From positions 189,741-253,740 of the IMG/VR virus record IMGVR_UViG_3300047320_000285: 64,000 nt of DNA. The stretch is one strand, 5' to 3'. The notes beneath the pieces are model-generated. The model saw only the letters and a list, made by a program, of their open reading frames with translations. It was not told the DNA's origin and searched no databases. A program made the position numbers and the translations under genes. This document shows positions 18,456 to 27,831 of this stretch, piece after piece (the first letter of the stretch is position 1; the number at the start of each line of letters is the position of its first letter).

Positions 18456-20186
18456 ATGTCAACTGGAACTCCTGCCAATATCACCGGCAGCGACGGCGTC
18501 GTACCGGTGGAGAACCCGGATGGTCTGTGGGCCCATTGGGCGTTGCAGCAGCTATTCATGGGAGCGGATACCCCGGGTGCCACGGTGCCCGGTGGTGCAG
18601 TGCCTCGTTGGGTCGGCAAGGTCAACGATTACGTGACCAACTACGACACCGACGAGCGCTGGAAGATCACCGCACTCGACGTCACCACGCTCAAGCCGAC
18701 GCTGACCTCGATCACACCCGTGATTACCCCGGGCGACTTGGATACCACCGATCTGCTGTTCGGGGTGGGTCCGGGTACCGATGCCGACACGTATCGCTGC
18801 TATATCGACCAGTCGGTGATTCCGTACAAGCTGGTGGTCGACCAGCGCCTGTCGGTCAATAGCGTGCTCACCAAGTACGCGAAGATCTTTCAGGGCAGTC
18901 AGCTCGATGGCACCGCCCAAGTCATCAGCGCGTTCTACGATACCTCGGGGAACTTCTTGGGGGATTCGGTCCCACTGGAACTGGTGTCGCAGCCCAACGC
19001 CCAGAACTACGCGGTCAAGACCGTGCAGCCCTGTTACACCAAGGTGCCGCTGGCCAACAACGACAAAGTCACCGTGGTGTTCTACGGCGATGATGGCGGG
19101 GTGGTGTCGACCCGGCAGTTGCTGGTGATGAATACCGCCTTCATTCGCTCCTCGGATGCGAGCCTGAAGTATGTGGTGGGCATCACACTGGATTCGCCGT
19201 TCCTCTCGAGCGCGGATGCCAACACCATCCAGTTCCCGATCAATGTGCCGATCGTGGGCTGGAATCTGTTTGGCGTGGTGCACTACTCGGATGGCTCGAA
19301 GCTGCGCATGCCGGTGGATGGTACCAAGTTCAAGGTGATGGGCTTGCGCGACTTTGTGGCAACCATCGTGGGTCAGGAGATCGACTTCACGCTGCAGTAC
19401 ACATTCAGCCCGGATGAGGTGTTCTACGACGCGCAAACCGGTTCGCCCACGGGGGACAAGTTCAAGAACGAGCCCTACAAGGCGATCGTGCAGAACTCGG
19501 ATGGCTCGTACACGGTCAAGCTGTTCTGTGTGCCGCATTGGGACACCGCGACCAGCCAGTATTTCCTCGACTGGTATCTGTACGATCTGGATCGCGCCCT
19601 GTCGGTGCTGGTCACGCCGTACGTCACCTACCAGAGCGCGCGGGGTTTCGATGGTACCCAGACCGGTTTTGGTCTGAACCAATCGGTGCAAGTGGCGATC
19701 GATCTGTCGAATGTCAACGGTCAGTACAAGAAGTACATCTTCACGCAGACGCTGCAAATCGTGCTGATGCGTGCGGCAACCGACCATTCGGGCGATCCGT
19801 GGGTGATCTACTACAGCCCGTCGCAAGCCGTGCCGTATGGTACGGGTCTGAAGGCGAAGGTCAACTTCATCAACCAGAACCTGAAGTACGTCGACGTGAG
19901 CCAAGGGGCGACCGATCAGGCCTCGTGGCTTAATGCTATCCTGCCGGCCGCCTTGCCGCTGTTCGATCCGCAGGCTGAGCCGACCTACCCGACGCCGAAC
20001 ATGTTCTCGTTTATCCAGAGCGATGGAACCGAAGCTGCGTTCCCGATCTCGCAATGGAATGCGCAGAATGCGATCTCGACGTCCCTGCCGGATGGCGCAA
20101 CGCTCTACTTGAAGTTCTTCGAACGCACGCCGGAGAACGACTTACAGATTGCGATGTGCCCGATGGTGATTCAACAAACCGACTAA
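18456..20186 (+). CDS. Virion/baseplate structural protein (phiKZ gp26-like), 576 aa
   Basis: SD aagga; beta-rich composition; directly upstream of terminase. Confidence 0.7.
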   Translation: MSTGTPANITGSDGVVPVENPDGLWAHWALQQLFMGADTPGATVPGGAVPRWVGKVNDYVTNYDTDERWKITALDVTTLKPTLTSITPVITPGDLDTTDLLFGVGPGTDADTYRCYIDQSVIPYKLVVDQRLSVNSVLTKYAKIFQGSQLDGTAQVISAFYDTSGNFLGDSVPLELVSQPNAQNYAVKTVQPCYTKVPLANNDKVTVVFYGDDGGVVSTRQLLVMNTAFIRSSDASLKYVVGITLDSPFLSSADANTIQFPINVPIVGWNLFGVVHYSDGSKLRMPVDGTKFKVMGLRDFVATIVGQEIDFTLQYTFSPDEVFYDAQTGSPTGDKFKNEPYKAIVQNSDGSYTVKLFCVPHWDTATSQYFLDWYLYDLDRALSVLVTPYVTYQSARGFDGTQTGFGLNQSVQVAIDLSNVNGQYKKYIFTQTLQIVLMRAATDHSGDPWVIYYSPSQAVPYGTGLKAKVNFINQNLKYVDVSQGATDQASWLNAILPAALPLFDPQAEPTYPTPNMFSFIQSDGTEAAFPISQWNAQNAISTSLPDGATLYLKFFERTPENDLQIAMCPMVIQQTD

Positions 20187-20191
20187 GTCGG

Positions 20192-20254
20192 CCCGTTGCT
20201 ACCCACTCTGCCTTTACGGGTGGAGTGGGTAGTTGCGGGACCGATTTCTTTTTG
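20192..20254 (+). terminator. Long hairpin terminator before terminase
   Basis: cccgttgctacccactct / ggagtgggtagttgcggg followed by a T-run. Confidence 0.65.
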
Positions 20255-20264
20255 AGATAGAACC

Positions 20265-22517
20265 ATGATTCTCTTTGCTAACGATTGGGACAAATACCCG
20301 ACCGCGGACGTCGATATGACGACCAAGAACGAGTCGTTTATTCGACTCGCGGCAGTGTACAAAAAGATGGGGATCAAGAACCACGCGTTTCCGCTGGCCT
20401 TGATTAACCAGAACCTCAAGGGGATTGATCCGTTTGCCCCGGACTTGTCGCAACAAGAAATCCTGATGATCACGATGGAGTGTTTCCATAATCCGTGGTA
20501 CTACTTCCGTGAGATTGCCCGCGCACCGGCGGGGTCTGGTCAGGAGGCGGTTCGGGTGGAAGGCAACCGAGCGAATTTGGCCTTGTGGTGGAGTTTCTTT
20601 AACCACGTGATGTTCATGCTAATCCAGCCGCGTCAGACCGGTAAGTCGTTCTCGACCGATACGCTGATGGTGTACCTGATGGTGATCAAGTGCATGAACA
20701 CCGGGATTAACCTGCTCACGAAGGATGACAAACTGCGCCGGGAAAATATCGACCGCATCAAGAACATCATGACTGAGCTGCCCGACTACATGCAGCTCAG
20801 GACGAGCGACGACGTCAACAACGGCGAAGAGATTACCATCAAGGCGTTGGGTAATAAGTACAACACCCACGTGCCGCAAGCGTCGGAAAAGCTCGCCCAC
20901 AACAAGGGGCGTGGTATTACCACGCCGGTTGTCCATATCGACGAGCCGCCGTTCCAGCGCCACATTGCCGTCGCCGTGAAAGCGATGTTGGCGGCCATGG
21001 GTGCCGCCACAGAACGCGCGGCCGAAGCCGGGGCACCGTATGGGGTGATCATGACCACCACCGCCGGGATGAAGGACGATGTGGATGGTAAGTGGGTGTA
21101 CGAAACGCTGGTGCAGGATTCGGCACCGTGGAACGAACGTTTCTTCGACTGCAAGGATGCGGAAGAACTCGAATGGCTGGTGCGTAAGACCAGTCCGGGC
21201 AAGAAGTTCCAGATCAACGGGACCTTCGATCACCGCCAGTTGGGCAAGTCCGACGAATGGCTGCGCAAGAAGATTGAAGCGGCGCTGCAGGACGGGCTGA
21301 CGGCAGAGCGCGATTACCTGAATATCTGGACCTCAGGTACGGAACGTTCACCGTTTGATCCCCATACCACCGAACGCATTGCGAACGCCAAGTGTGAACC
21401 GTTGCACCACCAGATCTTCCCCGAAGGCTATATCTTCCGCTGGCATCTGCCGGAGGAGCAAGTCGTCAACTACATGAAGTTCAACAAGACGGTGCTCGGG
21501 GTGGACTCCTCGGATGCGATGGGTCGAGACGAAATCTGTCTGGTGTTGACGGATGTGGTTACCGGTGAGGTAATCGGGACCGGGGCGTTTAACGAAACCA
21601 ACCTGTTTACGTTCTCGACGTGGCTCGCCCACTTCCTGATTGAGTTCAAGAACGTGACGATGATTCCGGAGCGTCACTCGTCGATGGTGATGATTTTGGA
21701 TCACCTGTGTATCATGTTGCCGCAACATGGTGAAGACCCGTTCAAGCGGATCTTTAACTGGGTGGTGCAGGATCAGAACGACAGTGTCTCGAATACCGAG
21801 AAGTATCGGGAGATCAAGCAACCGCTGTCACGGCGCGATGCACAGTTCCATGCCGAGCGTAAGGGGGCGTTGGGCTGGCGGACCAGCGGCACAGGACGCA
21901 CCGCCCGGAGCAACCTGTATTCGGTGGTCCTGATGATGGCGGCGAAGCGGGCTGGCCACAAAATCAAGGACCCCCAACTCGTGGGGCAGTTGCTCGGGCT
22001 GGTCAACAAGAATGGCCGGATCGACCACGAGGAGGGCAGTCACGATGACATGGTGATCGCATGGCTCCTGACGCACTGGTTCCTGATGCAGGGTAAGTAT
22101 CTGACTCACTACGGTATCGAAGCCGGCACTGCGCTGGCCGGTTTGAACGTGAAGAAGGAGGAGAGTCCGCAGGAAATGCGTATGCGCTTCGAGCAGCAGG
22201 AGATCCGCGATCAGATCACGGAACTCTACGAGAAGCTCATGAACGAGGAAGATGAAAATGTGGCGGAGCGCATTGAAGCGAAGCTGCGTTCCTTGGATCG
22301 ACGCATTGTCGTGGAAGAAGGCGAGCTGTATGCGTTTGATGACCTGATTCGGGAAGCCAAGAACGCTCGACGCACGCGGGCGAGAAATAGCGACTTCCGG
22401 GGCGGTGGGCAGTATCAGCCGCATTACCGGGAGGAGCAATGGCAGCGCGCAGGCAGCTACGCGATGGCGCCGCCTAACCACGGCGGCTATGGCGGGTTTC
22501 AGACCCACTACGGCTAG
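20265..22517 (+). CDS. terL: Terminase large subunit (phiKZ gp25-like), 750 aa
   Basis: QPRQTGKS Walker A, VHIDEPPF Walker B, MTTTAG motif III, LGVDSS and HDDMVIAW RNase H-type nuclease acids. Confidence 0.93.
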   Translation: MILFANDWDKYPTADVDMTTKNESFIRLAAVYKKMGIKNHAFPLALINQNLKGIDPFAPDLSQQEILMITMECFHNPWYYFREIARAPAGSGQEAVRVEGNRANLALWWSFFNHVMFMLIQPRQTGKSFSTDTLMVYLMVIKCMNTGINLLTKDDKLRRENIDRIKNIMTELPDYMQLRTSDDVNNGEEITIKALGNKYNTHVPQASEKLAHNKGRGITTPVVHIDEPPFQRHIAVAVKAMLAAMGAATERAAEAGAPYGVIMTTTAGMKDDVDGKWVYETLVQDSAPWNERFFDCKDAEELEWLVRKTSPGKKFQINGTFDHRQLGKSDEWLRKKIEAALQDGLTAERDYLNIWTSGTERSPFDPHTTERIANAKCEPLHHQIFPEGYIFRWHLPEEQVVNYMKFNKTVLGVDSSDAMGRDEICLVLTDVVTGEVIGTGAFNETNLFTFSTWLAHFLIEFKNVTMIPERHSSMVMILDHLCIMLPQHGEDPFKRIFNWVVQDQNDSVSNTEKYREIKQPLSRRDAQFHAERKGALGWRTSGTGRTARSNLYSVVLMMAAKRAGHKIKDPQLVGQLLGLVNKNGRIDHEEGSHDDMVIAWLLTHWFLMQGKYLTHYGIEAGTALAGLNVKKEESPQEMRMRFEQQEIRDQITELYEKLMNEEDENVAERIEAKLRSLDRRIVVEEGELYAFDDLIREAKNARRTRARNSDFRGGGQYQPHYREEQWQRAGSYAMAPPNHGGYGGFQTHYG

Positions 22518-22542
22518 TCAGGTATCACCCGAGTAGTAGCAA

Positions 22543-22585
22543 CGGCATAGCGGCCTCCTAGGAGCTTCCTAGGAGGCCTTATGCT
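22543..22585. terminator. Bidirectional terminator with GCATA/TATGC foot
   Basis: cggcatagc-ggcctcctagga-gct-tcctaggaggcc-ttatgc. Confidence 0.7.
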
Positions 22586-22999
22586 CTAGGCGTGGCGGTT
22601 CATCCGCAACAGTTCCTCGCTCAGCAGGTCCAGATACGCATTGATCGCCAGCTTGCGCTGGGTTTGATCATCGACGAGATTGGAGAAGAATGCTGGAAAG
22701 GTTACCTCTAGCTCGACTGCTTTTTTCAACTTCGGGGGCGCATCGTGCGATACCTCGGCAAAGATTGCGTAGCTCGCATGGTCCCTCCCCGGTACAAACC
22801 AACGAGCATACTCTTGCCGATACACACGCTTGTGACAGTGGATTGAAATCTCATACCCACCCACATGGTGACTGGTAAGAGAGAAGCTGTTCGTGGCAGG
22901 CGCGGTCACCTCAACCACCCGGTGCCTGCCTTTGAGTCGCTCCATCCACATCCAGATCCCCGTGATTAGCGCTTTAAAGATCGCCATGTTAGGGTACAC
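22586..22999 (-). CDS. Hypothetical protein, 137 aa
   Basis: Fills the gap downstream of the 23047 ORF and ends at the terminator. Confidence 0.55.
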   Translation of the reverse strand: MYPNMAIFKALITGIWMWMERLKGRHRVVEVTAPATNSFSLTSHHVGGYEISIHCHKRVYRQEYARWFVPGRDHASYAIFAEVSHDAPPKLKKAVELEVTFPAFFSNLVDDQTQRKLAINAYLDLLSEELLRMNRHA

Positions 23000-23046
23000 C
23001 TCATGCGAGACGACTGCCAGAGGGAAATCCGGGGCGCTTGAGCACT

Positions 23047-24288
23047 TTAAGCCGCCAGCAAGCTGGCTTGGGAGTAGTAGTGCATGGTGTACGTGCGCAG
23101 GCAGATGTACAATAGCAACCCGGTACGAAGTGCGGCCAGCGTATTGGAGTTCTTGTTACTGGTGGCCAGCTTAGCAACCTTCTCTGCTTTTTCCCGCAAG
23201 GCCAACAGGGTCGGGTCGGTACTCCGACTGCTGGTGTAGGTCCCGCGCAGCTTGGATAAAATCCCCGGCAAGTCATGCGTGGAACGCACCAGTGTGGTGT
23301 TGGCCTGCAAATACGTGAAGCTGTGGATGAGGGTGTCGTCCAGTAGCTCCTCGATAATGCCCACACCCTGACGCTGATAGTTGGCACTCATCCACTCGAG
23401 GCACTCGGTAAAGAGGCGCGGGTTCATGCTGCCCATCAGTTTCTCGATGATCGCCACCAGCTCTTGGCGGATAAACGATCCTTTGTCAGGGACCACCGAC
23501 TGGATATAACGCGTGTAGTTCTGCAGCCCGTGCACCCGATCGCGCAGCACTTCCTCGCCATCGAACTCGACCACCGCCGAGGATGAATGGATCTTGATGC
23601 CTTGCTTGTGCACGTTCATGAACTCTTTGTAGATGTTCTTGACCATGTCCCGAATGCGCGACTGCACGTCATTGACCATACGCACCACGTCGTCATCATG
23701 GTCCATCTGCTGGATGGCTTTCCGATGCAAGCCATCCTTGGCCACCAGTCGTTCGGAAAAGAAGCGCAGCAGCGAATACCAGCTGTCAAAGTTCTTGATC
23801 AGGAACTTGTACGACAGTCGGGCATAGGTGGCTTCCGCAACGGCCTTGTCGGCGGGGTACTTGAAATAGTGGTACAGCAACGAGGTGATGAATTTGTACT
23901 GCAGGATCAGCGCGACGTTAATCATCGCCTCCGACTTCGTCTCCTCATCCAGATGCGACGACCACAGCGCGTGCAGCAGCCAGCAGCACGACAGGTTAAA
24001 TGTATCCGAGGAGACGTGGAACTTGTCATTCACCGCCGGCAACGCAATCAGACGTTCGCGCACCAGCTGATCGTCCACGCCACCCAGCACGTCCTGAAAC
24101 CACTCATCACTATCCGAATCCATAAAGCGCACCACATGCACGCCAATCAGCTTGCCGCCAAAGAAGGCGATGTGGTCTTCATTTTTGGTGCGAAAGTTTG
24201 CCTGAAACTGGGCAATCCGTTTGGCCAGTTTGGTGTCGATGACCAAGCCGTGGCATTCTTCTTCAAAAGTCGTCTTGATCGACTCCAT
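23047..24288 (-). CDS. Conserved phiKZ-like virion-associated protein, 413 aa
   Basis: SD ggag before MESIKTTFEEEC; helical ORF in the conserved terminase-PhuZ interval. Confidence 0.65.
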   Translation of the reverse strand: MESIKTTFEEECHGLVIDTKLAKRIAQFQANFRTKNEDHIAFFGGKLIGVHVVRFMDSDSDEWFQDVLGGVDDQLVRERLIALPAVNDKFHVSSDTFNLSCCWLLHALWSSHLDEETKSEAMINVALILQYKFITSLLYHYFKYPADKAVAEATYARLSYKFLIKNFDSWYSLLRFFSERLVAKDGLHRKAIQQMDHDDDVVRMVNDVQSRIRDMVKNIYKEFMNVHKQGIKIHSSSAVVEFDGEEVLRDRVHGLQNYTRYIQSVVPDKGSFIRQELVAIIEKLMGSMNPRLFTECLEWMSANYQRQGVGIIEELLDDTLIHSFTYLQANTTLVRSTHDLPGILSKLRGTYTSSRSTDPTLLALREKAEKVAKLATSNKNSNTLAALRTGLLLYICLRTYTMHYYSQASLLAA

Positions 24289-24401
24289 ACGAGGGCTCCC
24301 CTTGCGTTCGATGTACACACCATGAACCAAACGCGCGCGCGTACAGACGGCATAAAAGGCGGGACCGAAGTCCCGCCCCGATGCGTGACCGAAGGAGTGG
24401 C

Positions 24402-25334
24402 TTATTCGGTTTGACCGACACCCGGTTGGGCGCCGCCTTCTTGGCCGCTCACGTGATCCGTGTTGCCGGCTTCACCCGTACCGTCCGCGCCTTCGTTCTG
24501 CGGCTGGCAGATACCCGGCATCGACGGATCGATCGGTTCACCGGACGCGTTTTCCGGATTGAGCGGGGTCTCCAGCGACGACACGTATTCCTCGAGCGAG
24601 CCGAAGTACTTGCCGCCCATGGCCGCCACTGCCAAACGCAGCGCTTCCTTGGCGACCTTCTTCTTCTTGCCCTTGGCTTTCTTCTTGCCCGCACCGAATT
24701 GCTTGGCGAACATCGCCATCTTCTTCACATGGGGGTCGTCAGACGCGAGGCCCTTGGCAATGTCAGCCGGCGTGATCTTCTCGCCTTCCTTCTTACCGAG
24801 CCACTTGTGAAAGCCGCCCTTCTTGACCTTGATGTCCTTCTTGTCCTTGCCAGCCGCTTCGAGCGCGAGCGACTCTTCGGACTCGAGCATCGACTCGATG
24901 GCCACCACTTCTTCGGCGTCCAGATCGACAATGTCGTCCTGCACTTCACCGGTGCCGTCTTCGTTCTGGGGCGCAGACGCATCGGCAATCACCACAAACT
25001 CGCCCGCCTTGGAGTCTTCCATGTCGTTGACGACGTCAACCACCGTGTCCGGCTCGATATCGGTTTCGCTCACGGCGTAGATCTCGACGCCGTTCTTGAC
25101 GTCCGGATCATCCGAGTTGTTGACGGCATTGATGAGTTTGCTCATCACCGTGACGTCCTGAGCCTGCGATTCGAGCGCAGCCCCATCCGTCGTCGCTTCA
25201 CCCGTGACGGGATCGGTCTTGGCGTAGGCTACGTTCAACGCGTTCGTCATCGCTTGGCCGAGCGGCCCCTTCATCACGATGGCTTCAGGTTCGCGCTCCA
25301 TGCCCTCGAGGGCGATTCGCATTACGTTGCGCAT
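24402..25334 (-). CDS. Probable internal head protein with ALE processing sites and an inserted Lys-rich basic module, 310 aa
   Basis: SD gaggaagga; IALE, AALE and SLALE motifs; acidic body with a KKGGFHKWLG...KKKAKGKKKK insert. Confidence 0.6.
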   Translation of the reverse strand: MRNVMRIALEGMEREPEAIVMKGPLGQAMTNALNVAYAKTDPVTGEATTDGAALESQAQDVTVMSKLINAVNNSDDPDVKNGVEIYAVSETDIEPDTVVDVVNDMEDSKAGEFVVIADASAPQNEDGTGEVQDDIVDLDAEEVVAIESMLESEESLALEAAGKDKKDIKVKKGGFHKWLGKKEGEKITPADIAKGLASDDPHVKKMAMFAKQFGAGKKKAKGKKKKVAKEALRLAVAAMGGKYFGSLEEYVSSLETPLNPENASGEPIDPSMPGICQPQNEGADGTGEAGNTDHVSGQEGGAQPGVGQTE

Positions 25335-26028
25335 TGTTCCTTCCTCACTGTTTGTTGGGTCTTCGGCTTATCCGCATCGGTAGACCAGCTGACCACCTAA
25401 AGGTGTCACACTATAGCGGTCATATAGAAAAGTTACACAGTCTCTGCTCGGGCCGCTGTTGCCCCCTTCCCCTCGCCGCCCTCCCGGCCGCAAACCTTAA
25501 TACGTCCGCTCGCCGCGCGGCTGTAAGTCGCGAAGTTCAATGTAGCAGAAGGCTTCCAAGACTTCTGCGATAGATTGATACAAAACCGGTTTGTGTGTTG
25601 TAGGTTTTTCCCTTTACCTACCGGTAGGTCTCGATTTTACCGTAGGTACCTGCTCGATAGGGAGAGTTCCCCCAGAACTCTCCCGGCTATCCTAGCTAAG
25701 CTGGTTTGTTACAATTTGTTACCAAATTGCAGTTTTTGGGTTTTTAGAGTAAGATAATCTTTACCTCAGTATTACGGAGTAATACTGAGGATAGATGAAA
25801 TATTTAACTTCATTCATACCTGATGTAGAAATAATAAAAAAATAATCTTAGAGAAAAACGCGTGCCGCAGGCAGTTTTTTGAGAATTTCGGGAAAAAGTC
25901 TGTTACATCTTGTTACAATTGTAAGGAATGAGGGCAGAGGTCTGCCTATTTATTAGGCAACTGAGACGATACAGGGTCCTATCAGTTTTTACACCAAGCG
26001 ATCATGCTCTGAGTCACGCATGATGTGA
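25335..26028. other. Palindrome- and AT-rich divergent intergenic region (promoters; origin or pac candidate)
   Basis: 14-bp palindrome at 25616-25629, 12-bp inverted repeat at 25763-25789, four TGTTAC copies, AT-rich tract at about 25790-25860. Confidence 0.5.
25989..26006 (+). promoter_or_regulatory. Putative nvRNAP promoter TTAC-N10-CATG
   Basis: tttttac-accaagcgat-catg; resembles 42331-42351. Confidence 0.45.
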
Positions 26029-26316
26029 ATGAACAATGAGGAAGCGAACGTGATGTTGATGAACTTACTGGGTCGGCTCTGCGGTCGTCCCTTAACTAAA
26101 CAAGAACGACTCGAGCGTTTGCAGCAGAGTCTGATTACGACCATCCGTCAGGGTCGCGATGAGGACGATGCCACCGCAGTAGCACTGGCGATTCGGGCGG
26201 ATGCGATTCTGAAACAGGATCTACCGTTCGATCTGCGCTGTCAGCAGCTGCATGACGTGGTGGTTACGCATGCAGCCCAAAAGCTCCTCACGCGCCTCGA
26301 GTCTTATCACCACTAA
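26029..26316 (+). CDS. Hypothetical protein, 95 aa
   Basis: First ORF of a tightly packed operon. Confidence 0.55.
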   Translation: MNNEEANVMLMNLLGRLCGRPLTKQERLERLQQSLITTIRQGRDEDDATAVALAIRADAILKQDLPFDLRCQQLHDVVVTHAAQKLLTRLESYHH

Positions 26317-26323
26317 GAACAAC

Positions 26324-26635
26324 ATGACACAACAAGAACCATCATCGGCGGGGTTAGGCTTTGAAGGTCACTTGCAACGCATGGCGAAGCTGAAAGCCGA
26401 ACGTGAAAGTTTACAGCGTCAGCTCATGCTTCTGAACGTGACCATTGCCATTGTCAGGGCCAAAGGTAGTGAGCGAGACTGGCCGGAGGACTTTCCACAT
26501 GAGAACGGTGTGTACAACAACTGGTGCTGCTCATGCAAGAAGAACTTCCTCGGCTACAAACGTCGCGTCATCTGCAAGCTTTGTTCAGGGGATCCACAGA
26601 CTGGCTCCGTCGTAACGGAATCGGTCTCACTTTAA
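26324..26635 (+). CDS. Hypothetical protein with coiled coil and C4 Zn-binding module
   Basis: RDWPEDFPHENGVY..WCCSC...KRRVICKLC. Confidence 0.65.
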   Translation: MTQQEPSSAGLGFEGHLQRMAKLKAERESLQRQLMLLNVTIAIVRAKGSERDWPEDFPHENGVYNNWCCSCKKNFLGYKRRVICKLCSGDPQTGSVVTESVSL

Positions 26636-26681
26636 GCGCACTGGTCGTCTTGGCGGGTGCGCTCTGGTCGAAATTAGGGAA

Positions 26682-26864
26682 ATGAATATGTTGCACATCT
26701 ACCAAGGCGGCTCGGCCGCACACTCGTCGGTGGTGTTATCACCGGCAGATTTTCAAATGCGCGAACGTCCTGAAACCAAGTGGTTCCCGGAGTTGACGGT
26801 GAAGATTACCGTAGCGGGTCGTCAGTTCACCATTCTGGAACGTGGGGAGCGGCGCCGACAATGA
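26682..26864 (+). CDS. Small hypothetical protein, 60 aa
   Basis: SD agggaa; ATGA overlap with the next gene. Confidence 0.5.
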   Translation: MNMLHIYQGGSAAHSSVVLSPADFQMRERPETKWFPELTVKITVAGRQFTILERGERRRQ

Positions 26865-27160
26865 GTGAGGAACCGCGCAAGATTCTGATCGTCGGGGCAG
26901 GGGCAGGCTTGGGTCGAGAACTGGCTAAACTGATCATGCGTGACGAACGCTTGCGCGGTCAGGTGGTCTTAGTGGATAAGCTCCCCGAGGACCACCACTC
27001 AGCTCATGAACCCGTGGATCTGGACCAACTCATGGATCGCTTACGGGGTGAGCTGCCAGAGTTGCGTGCTCCCGTGGTTCAGCGTCGCGAACACAACGCG
27101 TTACTGCCGTACCATGGCAAGTCCAAGCATGACCGGCAAAGGAAATGGTGGAACCGATGA
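26861..27160 (+). CDS. Hypothetical protein with isolated Rossmann beta-alpha-beta fingerprint and KWWNR C-terminus, 99 aa
   Basis: KILIVGAGAGLGRELAKLI...VVLVD; ATGA coupling on both sides. Confidence 0.65.
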   Translation: MSEEPRKILIVGAGAGLGRELAKLIMRDERLRGQVVLVDKLPEDHHSAHEPVDLDQLMDRLRGELPELRAPVVQRREHNALLPYHGKSKHDRQRKWWNR

Positions 27161-27447
27161 CACCTGATGCTCGTGAGTATCATTTCATGGTACCTGATGA
27201 ACTTCCGGAGTTTGCCAAGACGGATCTGCTCATCAACGGGTGCCGTCTAGGAAAGGACTACTATCATGACCCCTCTGTCATGGGGGACCGTCCTAGTTTC
27301 TCTGAGCTTGCTGCTCAGCTACGCGCTGCTAATGAGGAGCCACAGCAAGCGGAGAGTGGTAACGAAGCAGGACCAGATCGAAACGGCAAGAAGCCCCGCA
27401 CCCCCAAGCTACCTAACATCGCCCGCCAAAAATGGTGGAACCGTTAA
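27157..27447 (+). CDS. Hypothetical protein with KWWNR C-terminus, 96 aa
   Basis: ATGA overlap with the previous gene; same terminal motif. Confidence 0.6.
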   Translation: MTPDAREYHFMVPDELPEFAKTDLLINGCRLGKDYYHDPSVMGDRPSFSELAAQLRAANEEPQQAESGNEAGPDRNGKKPRTPKLPNIARQKWWNR

Positions 27448-27460
27448 GGAGATTCCAGAC

Positions 27461-27823
27461 GTGCCTCAACAACAAGACCCCGCCGCTGTAGCCCGGAATA
27501 ATTATACCGCCATCGAGATGATTGAGACCAAGGCGTATCTCGATTCCAATGAGAACCTGACCTTTCGAATAGCGGTGACTCAGAAGGACACCGAGATCAT
27601 GCTCTGGAGCGAGCGGATCAAGATGTTGATGATGGCGTACCCGCCGGAAGCGACGTTTATGAAAGCGTCGGAGACGACGGACTTGCTGGACTGTAGTCGC
27701 AAGGTGGCGCAGATGAAAGAGCTGCGCATGTGGGATTTTGTCCTGTCCTACCAAACGGAATTGGTTCTGAAATTGATGGCTGCGGCCCGTAACATCGAAG
27801 CACGCGCCCGAAAAGATTCATAG
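27461..27823 (+). CDS. Hypothetical protein, 120 aa (GTG start; possible N-extended form from 27266)
   Basis: SD aaggag upstream of the GTG. Confidence 0.6.
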   Translation: MPQQQDPAAVARNNYTAIEMIETKAYLDSNENLTFRIAVTQKDTEIMLWSERIKMLMMAYPPEATFMKASETTDLLDCSRKVAQMKELRMWDFVLSYQTELVLKLMAAARNIEARARKDS

Positions 27824-27831
27824 CCTGAGAG

